A stretch of DNA of 64,000 nt from Patescibacteria group bacterium (GTDB lineage: Bacteria > Patescibacteriota > Patescibacteriia > SG8-24): NCBI GenBank assembly GCA_041667185.1, contig JBAYFM010000002.1:23432-87431 (forward strand), written 5' to 3'. The notes beneath the pieces are model-generated. The model saw only the letters and a program-made list of their open reading frames with translations. It was not told the origin of the DNA and made no database searches. Below, piece by piece: positions 28,358 through 36,304 of the stretch (its first letter is position 1; each line of letters begins with the position of its first letter). The translations under genes were made by a program, and so were the position numbers.

Positions 28358-29311
28358 CTACATCGCTGGAGGCTCAATTTGTTTGGTCTCTGGCGTTTCA
28401 GCGGTATTTAGCGCATGAATCTTTTTGTAGTCAATCTGCAATTGCCCGCCCTGCTCTGTGGCATATGACGGTGGGTTTAGCGACAGGTGAAATTCGGCTC
28501 CGTCACCAAGTATTGCTACGAGGTCTTTGGTGGCGATAACAAGCTGAGTGTGCAGCTCGGCGTTTGCTCTCCCGTTTAGTTCCTTGATATCATTGATGAT
28601 ATTTTTAATGCGTTCTTTAAGTTCGAGATCTAACAGATTATCGATATATTTAATCAGCCCTTTTTCAGTGAATTCTTTTTCTTTTTCAAGTGCTGCCAGA
28701 CTGGCCTTATAATTTAACTCCGCACTTTTTGATTCATAATACGCCTTCTTTGTCTCCAAATACTTTATTGCGCCATCCAAACAGCCAAGAAAGTACTGAT
28801 AAGTTAAAGTACCGGCTGCTAATATTGCGTACCAATTGGTTCCTCGGTCAAAACCCGCAAATGTAAATTCGCCGTCGACGTTAAATTTTTTGAGAGTAGC
28901 GCCCAATTTAGTATTAAACGCGGTCAACTCGTCTAAGTTTGCTGTAGTTTTTGGTAAAAGTACGTTGATGATTTGCGCCGCTTGATCTTCAACAGCATCC
29001 GTAAGCATCGCATAAAATAGCGGGGCCGTTTTATTGAGCTGATCGACGTAGGATTTAAGGAACGAGAATTCGTCTTGCGGCAACAAAACTGGATTAGCGG
29101 CGGTTTTGTGAGCTTCAAGAACCTTCGCCACTGATTCACTTGGCAACTTATTCCATGACATTGATATAAACTTTTCGAGCGCAGTTGATATCTCAACAAA
29201 ATTTTCTACTTCAGAGGCTTGTCCGCCATATACGGCACGTGATTTGAGAGTAATCACGCCGACATCACTAACTACCTCTTTGATAATTTTTCGTAGTTCT
29301 CCTAATCGCAT
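28358..29311 (-). CDS. Hypothetical all-alpha protein, first gene of the three-gene low-GC cassette
   Basis: 317 aa, K/E/L-rich helical composition, no recognisable catalytic motif. 18-nt gap to the downstream PD-(D/E)xK-like gene. Confidence 0.55.
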   Translation of the reverse strand: MRLGELRKIIKEVVSDVGVITLKSRAVYGGQASEVENFVEISTALEKFISMSWNKLPSESVAKVLEAHKTAANPVLLPQDEFSFLKSYVDQLNKTAPLFYAMLTDAVEDQAAQIINVLLPKTTANLDELTAFNTKLGATLKKFNVDGEFTFAGFDRGTNWYAILAAGTLTYQYFLGCLDGAIKYLETKKAYYESKSAELNYKASLAALEKEKEFTEKGLIKYIDNLLDLELKERIKNIINDIKELNGRANAELHTQLVIATKDLVAILGDGAEFHLSLNPPSYATEQGGQLQIDYKKIHALNTAETPETKQIEPPAM

Positions 29312-29629
29312 ACAAGTTGCATTTATTTAATATTTTATGTAAGTTTAGCGCCATGAAGCTCATAATTCAAGAGCTAGAGCGCCGCTTTGACGCGATTAAA
29401 TTCAAACCGCGCGATTTTGAATTTTGATGGACTGAACGACTCCCCTCGCTCCGACTCGGGCCGGGGTTGGCGCGAGTCAATGAGCGCCAACGGGCGACAT
29501 GGGTCGCCCGGGGTCAGCCGAGGCCTTCATTACTTTGCCGAGGCTGACTGCGCACCGCCCCGCAATGTTGCGGGGCTCTCGCGTCCTTCTCGCCCCAGTT
29601 CCGCAGCTAAACAAAATTCGCCACGCCTC

Positions 29630-30394
29630 CTATTTCCGAGCCTCAACCTTCAGACTCTCCAACGGAATACCCTGATATTGCCGCTTACTGATGTCCTTGT
29701 CCTCGGATAAGATCTTCACTTTGAAACCTGCGCGAGCAATCTTCTTCAGATATTCGTCCCGGAGGACGGCCCCGCCGACGCAGCCCGCGATCAATTCTTC
29801 GTCCCCCCTCTGCTCAGCGGTCAAGTCCTCCAGAAGCACGATATCTGACAAATACATCCGGCCGCCGTCTTTCAGCACCCGCCAGGCCTCTTCAAACACT
29901 TTTGACTTGTCCGGGGCCAGATTGATGACGCAGTTGCTGATGATGACGTCGACCGAGCCGCTATCGACGGGTAGGTCCTCGATGTCGCCCAGCCTGAATT
30001 CGACGTTTTTGTAACCTTGCCTGTCGGCATTCATCCTGGCCTTGTCGATCATCTCCTGGGTCATGTCGACGCCTATGACCCGGCCGGTCCGGCCGACCTT
30101 CCTGGCGGCCAAAAAACAGTCGAAGCCGGCACCTGACCCAAGATCCAGAACAGTGTCGCCTTCCTTGATCTCGGCCATCCCCGTCGGGTTGCCGCAGCCC
30201 AGACCCAGATTGGACCCCGCCGCCGATCTGATCTCCGCAGCCGAATAACCGATGCTTTCGGCTATCCGTTCGTTTTCCCCGTCACCGCCACAACTACAGC
30301 TGCAACAACAGCCTTTACCGGCGATCTTGCTGTAGTGTTTTTTTACGATCTGCTTGACTGACTTGCCTGCGGTCATGTGAGTTGGGTCAAACAT
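29630..30394 (-). CDS. arsM: Arsenite S-adenosylmethionine methyltransferase ArsM (Cys-rich N-terminus)
   Basis: 254 aa. SAM motif [13 protein letters not shown], conserved ArsM cysteines ([12 protein letters not shown] and GLGCGNP), and IISNCVINL. Confidence 0.85.
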   Translation of the reverse strand: MFDPTHMTAGKSVKQIVKKHYSKIAGKGCCCSCSCGGDGENERIAESIGYSAAEIRSAAGSNLGLGCGNPTGMAEIKEGDTVLDLGSGAGFDCFLAARKVGRTGRVIGVDMTQEMIDKARMNADRQGYKNVEFRLGDIEDLPVDSGSVDVIISNCVINLAPDKSKVFEEAWRVLKDGGRMYLSDIVLLEDLTAEQRGDEELIAGCVGGAVLRDEYLKKIARAGFKVKILSEDKDISKRQYQGIPLESLKVEARK

Positions 30395-30484
30395 TAATAC
30401 GAATATGGTATCACAATGGGGTCGCTCCGTGGCAGGAATTACAGAGAAGCGGAACCAACGCTCGGCGAACTGTCGATTCTACTC

Positions 30485-30577
30485 AAAAGCCAGCCAAGAA
30501 ATTGGCTGGCTTTTGACTCTGAACGCATGTTGATCTCCATATATGTTCACTAAAACCGCAGACGAGCTGCGGTTTTT
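30485..30577. terminator. Two consecutive intrinsic-terminator-like hairpins (30485-30514 and 30552-30577)
   Basis: AAAAGCCAGCC-AAGAAATT-GGCTGGCTTTT and AAAACCGCAG-ACGAGC-TGCGGTTTTT. Both are flanked by A- and T-runs, so they could act in either orientation. Confidence 0.5.
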
Positions 30578-30580
30578 ACA

Positions 30581-30600
30581 TGGCTCCGAGGCTGGGGCTC
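30581..30600 (-). repeat. 20-nt exact copy of the 3' end of tRNA-Asn (att-like direct repeat)
   Basis: tggctccgaggctggggctc at 30581-30600 is identical to 30853-30872 (CCA, discriminator, acceptor 3' strand, T-stem). Similarity stops exactly after the T-stem. The two copies are 272 bp apart. Confidence 0.6.
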
Positions 30601-30814
30601 CTCTTCCCCCGCCGCTCGGGTCTTGGGGCCCCTCGACCTCGGCAAAATATTGAAAGCCTCGGTCGAGCCGCGGTCGCCGTTGCGACCGTTCGCTGCTTCG
30701 CTGGCTTGCGGCTCACCCCAAGCCTCGTGGCTCCTCCAGAGCCCGGGTCATCCGGCGAGTGCCATTCAAGGCACTCGCCGGATGTACCCTTCTCGCCCCA
30801 GCCTCGGTACAATA

Positions 30815-30850
30815 AAGAAGAGGCGGTGCCGTATGGGCACCGCCTCTTCT
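30815..30850 (-). terminator. Strong rho-independent terminator abutting the tRNA-Asn 3' end
   Basis: AAGAAGAGGCGGTGCC-GTAT-GGGCACCGCCTCTTCTT is a perfect 16-bp stem with a U-tract on the minus strand. Confidence 0.7.
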
Positions 30851-30852
30851 TA

Positions 30853-30927
30853 TGGCTCCGAGGCTGGGGCTCGAACCCAGAACAAATGGATTAACAGTCC
30901 ATTGCTCTACCATTGAGCTACCTCGGA
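30853..30927 (-). tRNA. tRNA-Asn (anticodon GTT), CCA encoded
   Basis: Manual fold of TCCGAGGTAGCTCAATGGTAGAGCAATGGACTGTTAATCCATTTGTTCTGGGTTCGAGCCCCAGCCTCGGAGCCA. 7-bp acceptor stem, D-arm GCTC/GAGC, anticodon stem ATGGA/TCCAT with loop CTGTTAA, T-arm CTGGG-TTCGAGC-CCCAG. Confidence 0.9.
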
Positions 30928-31176
30928 ATAATGATTTCCAATGAACGCTTTAACAAATTCGCGGCCGCATCCTGACTTCAACCATTTTTCCCGTTTTCTC
31001 GCTGTTGGCCGATCTGGTGTTTCCTCGCTATAGACCATGACATATGGCCTATGGTTCTTAGTCCACCTGACGTATCCGGAATTATGTTCCTTGAGACGCC
31101 GTGCGAGATCAGAAGTTAAACCAATATATAACGTCCGATCAACCAGACTCCGTAAGACATAAACCTTGTATTCCAT
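30907..31176 (-). CDS. Small GIY-YIG nuclease-domain protein (YhbQ/UPF0213-like). Its last seven codons are the 5' end of tRNA-Asn
   Basis: 89 aa. KVYVLRSLVDRTLYIGLTSDLARRLKEHNSG fits the GIY-YIG core (Y-x-L...YIG, Arg, Glu). The C-terminal ...SEVAQW* is encoded by TCCGAGGTAGCTCAATGGTAG, which is tRNA-Asn positions 1-21. Confidence 0.7.
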   Translation of the reverse strand: MEYKVYVLRSLVDRTLYIGLTSDLARRLKEHNSGYVRWTKNHRPYVMVYSEETPDRPTARKREKWLKSGCGREFVKAFIGNHYSEVAQW

Positions 31177-31179
31177 AAG

Positions 31180-31232
31180 CAGTCCATTGCTCCCTGCCTA
31201 CCGGCAGGCAGGTACCATTGAGCTACCTCGGA
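31180..31232 (-). pseudogene. Duplicated 5' half of tRNA-Asn (acceptor 5' strand, D-arm, anticodon-stem 5' strand) with a 20-nt hairpin inserted in the D-loop
   Basis: Minus-strand TCCGAGGTAGCTCAATGGTA[CCTGCCTGCCGGTAGGCAGG]GAGCAATGGACTG matches tRNA-Asn positions 1-20 and 21-33 around the bracketed insertion. It lies immediately 5' of the GIY-YIG start. Confidence 0.6.
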
Positions 31233-31320
31233 ATATAAACGTATTCCTTGACGGGAATAAGGCTGGCCAAAGAACTGACCGAAATAGTTTAGCACAAGAA
31301 ATAAATTTGGCAACACCGGG

Positions 31321-31600
31321 AGCTGAAAGATCCATTAAAAAGAGAGTGCGGGAGCCACGTCGTTCGCGAACGACGTGGCGGAGTGTGGGAGAGGCTGGAT
31401 TCCCGCTGGAGTGAAACCCCGCACTTGCTGCGGGGCGGGAATGACAATAAAAAGAGGGTGGATTATAAAACCACGAGCTGATCCCCCTTCGCTAAAGCTT
31501 CGGGGGACAAGTCGGAGGATTCGCGAATTATAAAACCCCGAGCTGGCGCTCGGGGTTACATATTGGAGGCGAAGAAGCCGGCCTCATGATCCGATCTCGA
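31321..31600. repeat. Composite intergenic repeat element, copy R1 (GGAG-rich tract, 24-nt perfect palindrome, conserved hairpins)
   Basis: Contains GAGTGCGGGAG, the palindrome CCACGTCGTTCGCGAACGACGTGG (31355-31378), GGGCGGGAATGACA, GGATTATAAAACC plus a hairpin, and ATTATAAAACCCCGAGCTGGCGCTCGGGGTTA. The modules are shared with R2 (32222-32440) and R3 (37125-37440). Confidence 0.6.
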
Positions 31601-31602
31601 TC

Positions 31603-32127
31603 TCAGATGATCCCCGCGGTCATCGCCACGGTGAAATTGCACAACGCGTGAACGAAAACGCAGGAAAAATACGCTGCGAACTGATTCTGGCTGTTCCGGA
31701 GATAAAGACCGCCCAGGATCATGCCGCCGACACCCTGGATAAGCATGCCCTGCGGCACGGCTTGAGCCAAACCGAAGAGGACGCCGCAGACAATGATCAC
31801 GACCACACCTGCCGCTTCCGGCCGCTTGTTCCGGACGATCTCCAGAGGCAGCATCCGGAAAAGCGCCTCCTCGACGATCGGCGCGCAGAACAGGACGAAG
31901 AAGAGGACCAGTGATGGGCGTCCGACTAGGAAATCGTCGCCGCAGAATCTGACGAGCAGCCAGAAGCTCGCCGAAAAATACGGCAAGGAGTACGGCAACA
32001 GCGACTGGCCGGCCACGGCTCCCAAAAGACAGAACACCACCATGACCCAGATCCAGTTGGCGCCGTAAGCGGCCAAAAGATCAAGCGCCATCCGGCGCCA
32101 AGACAACACCTGTCTGCTTCCGTCCAT
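31603..32127 (-). CDS. CPBP-family (CAAX protease / Abi) intramembrane metalloprotease, paralog 1
   Basis: Start at MDGSRQVL... with RBS GGAGGtctgtgATG. Motif 1 VEEALFRMLPLE, motif 2 FGLAQA, motif 3 VHALCNFTVA. Confidence 0.75.
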   Translation of the reverse strand: MDGSRQVLSWRRMALDLLAAYGANWIWVMVVFCLLGAVAGQSLLPYSLPYFSASFWLLVRFCGDDFLVGRPSLVLFFVLFCAPIVEEALFRMLPLEIVRNKRPEAAGVVVIIVCGVLFGLAQAVPQGMLIQGVGGMILGGLYLRNSQNQFAAYFSCVFVHALCNFTVAMTAGII

Positions 32128-32221
32128 CACAGACCTCCATTCGGCGCTAAGCCGACGATCTGAACCGTTTGAATGAGCTGAACGAAAATTAACAAGCAAG
32201 ACGCGGGAAGTCAACTGGGCG

Positions 32222-32440
32222 AGATAGATGAGAGAAACGAAGTCATGGAGTGCGGGAGAGACGGAGTCACGTCGTTCGCGAACGACGTGGCGGAGAGTGC
32301 AGGAGTGCGGGAGTGCGGGAGTAAAGAGGATGGATTATAAAACCCCTGGCTCAATCCCCCTCCGCTGAAGCTGCGGGGGATTCACGAGTCATAAAACCCC
32401 GAGCTGACGCTCGGGGTAAAATTAAGGTGGCGAAAAAAAA
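32222..32440. repeat. Composite intergenic repeat element, copy R2
   Basis: GGAGTGCGGGAGAGACGGAG, the palindrome TCACGTCGTTCGCGAACGACGTGG (32267-32290), GAGTGCAGGAGTGCGGGAGTGCGGGAG, GGATTATAAAACC, and CATAAAACCCCGAGCTGACGCTCGGGGTAAAA. It lies in the 5' region of CPBP paralog 1. Confidence 0.6.
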
Positions 32441-32490
32441 TCGGGCCTGCCAGCTGAGTGGCAAAACCCGATCAAGATGCTGCTGGACGA

Positions 32491-33003
32491 TCATCCGCCC
32501 ATCGCGACGATGGTGAAGTTGTACAGCGCATGAACGATCACGCAAGAAATATAGGCGGCTTTCTGCGACGTGTTGTTCTTCACGTAGAGCCAGCCGAGCA
32601 TGAGGCCGACGAAGCCCTGGATGAAGACGTTCAACGGCGAGCCGTGCGCCCAGCCGAAGATGATGCCGCAGATGACGATGACGACCGCGCGCACCCGCTC
32701 AGGATGCTGGCCGATGACGAAGGTCAGCGGCAGCATCCGGAAGATAGCTTCCTCGATCACGGGAGCGAAGACGAGCGTCATGAAGAGGCTCAGACCCACG
32801 CTGGCCTTGATCGCGGTAGCCATATCCGGGAAGTGGTCGATCCAGGCGCCGAAAACGGACAGTACCGGCAGTTCGGAACTGATGACGGCTTTCGGCAGCA
32901 AAGCCTGAAGGATATTCGAGACAATGACCACCCAAACCCAGGACAGCCCGTAGGCAGTCAGGATGTTGCGCACATGGCGCAACCCAAAAGTCCTATTTTC
33001 CAT
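32491..33003 (-). CDS. CPBP-family (CAAX protease / Abi) intramembrane metalloprotease, paralog 2
   Basis: Start at MENRTFGLRH... with RBS GGGAGGctgtcATG. Motif 1 IEEAIFRMLPLT, motif 2 FGWAHG, motif 3 VHALYNFTIVA. Confidence 0.75.
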   Translation of the reverse strand: MENRTFGLRHVRNILTAYGLSWVWVVIVSNILQALLPKAVISSELPVLSVFGAWIDHFPDMATAIKASVGLSLFMTLVFAPVIEEAIFRMLPLTFVIGQHPERVRAVVIVICGIIFGWAHGSPLNVFIQGFVGLMLGWLYVKNNTSQKAAYISCVIVHALYNFTIVAMGG

Positions 33004-33134
33004 GACAGCCTCCCTTGTTTCTTGACGGATATCAAAGACCGCTATTGTTACCATAGCGGTCTATGAAATTGGCGTCAAATACGCTCCGGGCCGCCGGCGG
33101 CCAAGCCAGAATAGAGGCTCAACCCAGCGACGGA

Positions 33135-34433
33135 TCAATAATCGCGGAGTTTGGAGATGCCCTGGTGATGCTGGATCTTTTCGAGCGCCTTAGCCTCGAT
33201 CTGGCGGATGCGCTCGCGGGTGACGTCGAACTCCTGGCCGACCTCTTCGAGCGTGTGGCTGACCCCGTCCGTGAGTCCGAACCGCATCTCGAGGATCTTC
33301 TGTTCGCGCGGGCTCAGGTCCTTGATGACGTTCCTCACGTAATCGCGCAGGAGCTGGAGCGCGGCGGCGCGGTCCGGAGCGATGTTCTTCACGTCCTCCA
33401 CGAAATCCACGAGCGTCGAATCCTCGTCATCCTCGCCGACCGAGGTCTCCAAGGAAACCGTGTCCTGCGAGATCTGGATGATATGGCGGACCTTCTCGAC
33501 GTCCTCGCCCATCTCGGCGGCAATCTCCTCCGGCAGCGGTTCGCGGCCGAGGTCTTGGATGAGCTGGCGCTCGATCTGTTGGAAGCGGTTGATGGTCTCG
33601 ACCATGTGAACCGGGATGCGGATGGTGCGCGACTGATCGGCTAAGGCGCGGGTGATGGCCTGGCGGATCCACCAGGTGGCGTAGGTCGAGAACTTGAAGC
33701 CTTTGCGGTATTCGAATTTCTTCACGGCGCGGAAGAGGCCGATGTTCCCCTCCTGGATGAGGTCGAGGAGTGACAGCGACTTACCGACGAATTTCTTGGC
33801 GATGGAGACGACGAGGCGCAGGTTGGCTTCGATCAGGCGCTTCTCGGCCTCGCGGTCGTTGCGCTCCTTGCGTTTGGCGAGCGCGATCTCCTCTTCGCTC
33901 GTGAGCAGCGGGATCTTGCCGATCTCGCGCAGATACATCTGGATCGAGTCCGTGGAGATGTCCGTGAGATCGAACCGCTTCTTTTCCTTGGTGGAACGGA
34001 TCTGATTGAGCAGATTTTCCTGCTCTTCGCGGCGGCCCAGGAGACCCTCTTTCATCTCCACGAGCTTCATGCCGATGGCGTCGACCCGGTCGAGGAAGTC
34101 GATATAAAGCGGCAGATACTCCTCCAGGTCGGCGAACGTATGCAAAAGTTCGGTCTCAGTGATGAAACCGCGCGAGCGGCCCTTGGCCAAGAGCGCGTCG
34201 ACGACTTCCGGCGGCGGCGGCAGGGCTTTGGCGCGCTTGATCGGCACCATCGGCGCCGGTTTCTTGCCGGAACCTTTGGCGGGCTTGGCGCCTTTTTTCG
34301 GAGCGATCTTCTTGGCCGGCCGTTTGGCCGGTCTCTTTACGATCTTCTTCAGCGGTTTCTTGGCGATCTTCTTGGGCGCGGCCTTCGCGGCCGGCTTCTT
34401 CTTCGCTTTCTTGGTCGCAGTCTTCTTGGACAT
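33135..34433 (-). CDS. rpoD: Primary sigma-70 factor RpoD with a lysine/alanine/proline-rich histone-H1-like N-terminal tail
   Basis: Start at [22 protein letters not shown]... . Region 1.2 ([10 protein letters not shown]), region 2 ([16 protein letters not shown]...[35 protein letters not shown]), region 3 and region 4 ([15 protein letters not shown]...[24 protein letters not shown]). Confidence 0.9.
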   Translation of the reverse strand: MSKKTATKKAKKKPAAKAAPKKIAKKPLKKIVKRPAKRPAKKIAPKKGAKPAKGSGKKPAPMVPIKRAKALPPPPEVVDALLAKGRSRGFITETELLHTFADLEEYLPLYIDFLDRVDAIGMKLVEMKEGLLGRREEQENLLNQIRSTKEKKRFDLTDISTDSIQMYLREIGKIPLLTSEEEIALAKRKERNDREAEKRLIEANLRLVVSIAKKFVGKSLSLLDLIQEGNIGLFRAVKKFEYRKGFKFSTYATWWIRQAITRALADQSRTIRIPVHMVETINRFQQIERQLIQDLGREPLPEEIAAEMGEDVEKVRHIIQISQDTVSLETSVGEDDEDSTLVDFVEDVKNIAPDRAAALQLLRDYVRNVIKDLSPREQKILEMRFGLTDGVSHTLEEVGQEFDVTRERIRQIEAKALEKIQHHQGISKLRDY

Positions 34434-34501
34434 AAATGGTGCGGCGAGCGCTGGCCTGACAAAAATGCCGGCCTTCCGTCTCAAAGGACGGAATGTCGCG
34501 T

Positions 34502-36304
34502 CTACAACATGAGTTCGCTGAGCTGCCGCTGGATATCCTGGATACTCGTGGCATCCCCGGCCTTTTCGGCGCGGGACATCGCGGCAGTAAGTTCGCGTTG
34601 GCGGCGGCCGATGTGGAGTCGTTTGATTTCTCCCATCAAAGCGGTGAGCGTGTCCCTGCGCTGGTCTTCCGGAAAATCGCCGAGCTCCTTTTCGGACAGG
34701 AGCTTCATGATAGCGATAGTTTCCGCGGTTTTTGGATCACCGTTGCCAGCGAACCGGGATAACGAGGCCGAATTTTGTGGACCGCCTGTCCGTTGCTCAT
34801 TATAGAAGACGACGTATTCCGTGTAAAGCTGCCGGAGGGGCGCGGCCAGGAATTCCGGCTTGACCGCGGCGAACACGGTTTCCGCCAGATCAGGCCAATT
34901 TAAGGCTGCGCCGAAGATGGTCCGGGAGACCAGATCTTCGCGATCCTGGGGCTGCGATGGCAAGGCGACCGGCGCTGCTGGCTGAGCTCCGGCCGGCGAC
35001 GGCTTGGCCAGCTTCTCGAACTCCCGGCGCAGGTCGCCTTCCGGGGTTTCCACGAGTTCCGCCAGCTCCCGCAGCCAGTGCGCGCGCTCGGCGGCCGACG
35101 GCAATTTGGCGATCTCGGCCAGGATCTCCGCGGAGGTCTTGCGCTTGGCGTAGGGATCTTCGGGTTTCAGTCTCTGCCGCGCGAGATCCAGATACCACTG
35201 CATGAACGGCGCCGCGTCGGCGATGGCCTGCTGCCACATCTTCACATCCTTGCGGATGCAGTCGTCGGGATCCTTGCCGGCCCCGGGCGGCAGACGCAGC
35301 ACGCGGACCTCGAAACCGTGCGAGACCGCGAGATCGATGCTCCGCCGCGCGGCCTGCTCGCCGGCCGCGTCCATGTCGAAAGACAGCACCAGTTTGTCGG
35401 TCTTGTGTTTGAAGAGAGCCAACTGCTCCTCGGTGAAAGCCGTGCCGGAACTCGCCACGACATTCTTCACGCCGGCCTGGTGCGAAGCGATCGCGTCCAT
35501 GTTGCCCTCGACGACGACCGCGAAGCCTTGCTTGCGGATCTCGGACTTCGCTTTGTCGAGCAGGAAGAGGATCCGGCTCTTGCGGTAGACGGCGGTCTCC
35601 TGGGTGTTCACGTACTTGCCTTCTTTGGGCGGGTCCTTGCCGTCGGGACCGGGCATGACGCGGCCGGTGAAACCGACATGATTGCCCTGGGCGTCAGTGA
35701 TCGAGAACATCAGGCGGCCACGGAACCGGTCGAAATAACCGCCGCCGCGCTCTTTCTTGGAGACGAGCCCGGCCCGGAAGATCTCGTCGTCAGTGAATTC
35801 TTTCTTGCGCAGGAAATTCAGCAGGGCGTCCCAGGAGTCCGGCGAGTAGCCAATCAAGAAATCCTCGAGCGTCTCTTCTTTCAGTTCCCGCTTGGCGCAG
35901 TAAGCGCGCGCCCGCTCGGCCTGCGGCGAACGCATCAGCACCTCGTGGTAATAACGCGCCGCCCAGCGGTTGGCGTCATGCAGGCGCTGGCGGCCCTTGT
36001 CTTCGGACAGATCGACGTGCTTCAGGACCACGCCGGCTTTCTTGGCCAGATGCCGCAGCGCTTCCACGAAATCAACCCCGTCGATCTTCATCACGAAAGT
36101 GAAGATGTCCCCGTCCTCGCCGCAGCCGAAACAGTGCCAGCGCTGGCGGTCCGGCGTGACGTAGAACGACGGGTCCTGCTCGTGATGGAACGGACACGGC
36201 GCGCGAAAATTGACCCCGGCTTTGCGGAGCTGGATGTATTCCGAGATCAACTGGACGATGTCGATCTTGGATTTGATCTCTTCAATAACGCTGTTGTCGG
36301 ACAT
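34502..36304 (-). CDS. dnaG: DNA primase DnaG
   Basis: 600 aa. Zinc-binding domain [13 protein letters not shown]...WHCFGCG, TOPRIM region ([28 protein letters not shown]...[12 protein letters not shown]), and a C-terminal helical domain. Located upstream of rpoD on the same strand. Confidence 0.9.
   Translation of the reverse strand: MSDNSVIEEIKSKIDIVQLISEYIQLRKAGVNFRAPCPFHHEQDPSFYVTPDRQRWHCFGCGEDGDIFTFVMKIDGVDFVEALRHLAKKAGVVLKHVDLSEDKGRQRLHDANRWAARYYHEVLMRSPQAERARAYCAKRELKEETLEDFLIGYSPDSWDALLNFLRKKEFTDDEIFRAGLVSKKERGGGYFDRFRGRLMFSITDAQGNHVGFTGRVMPGPDGKDPPKEGKYVNTQETAVYRKSRILFLLDKAKSEIRKQGFAVVVEGNMDAIASHQAGVKNVVASSGTAFTEEQLALFKHKTDKLVLSFDMDAAGEQAARRSIDLAVSHGFEVRVLRLPPGAGKDPDDCIRKDVKMWQQAIADAAPFMQWYLDLARQRLKPEDPYAKRKTSAEILAEIAKLPSAAERAHWLRELAELVETPEGDLRREFEKLAKPSPAGAQPAAPVALPSQPQDREDLVSRTIFGAALNWPDLAETVFAAVKPEFLAAPLRQLYTEYVVFYNEQRTGGPQNSASLSRFAGNGDPKTAETIAIMKLLSEKELGDFPEDQRRDTLTALMGEIKRLHIGRRQRELTAAMSRAEKAGDATSIQDIQRQLSELML

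Noticed and set aside
22846-30600. Calling a mobile_element feature (integrative island) outright
   Set aside because: No integrase, recombinase, transposase or conjugation gene is present in the window. The island-like properties are reported as findings rather than as an annotated mobile element.
30907-31176. GIY-YIG gene as a homing endonuclease within a group I intron of the tRNA
   Set aside because: The adjacent tRNA-Asn is intact and uninterrupted, and the protein is the short YhbQ/UPF0213 type rather than an intron-encoded HEG with DNA-binding modules. Only the unusual overlap and duplication are reported.
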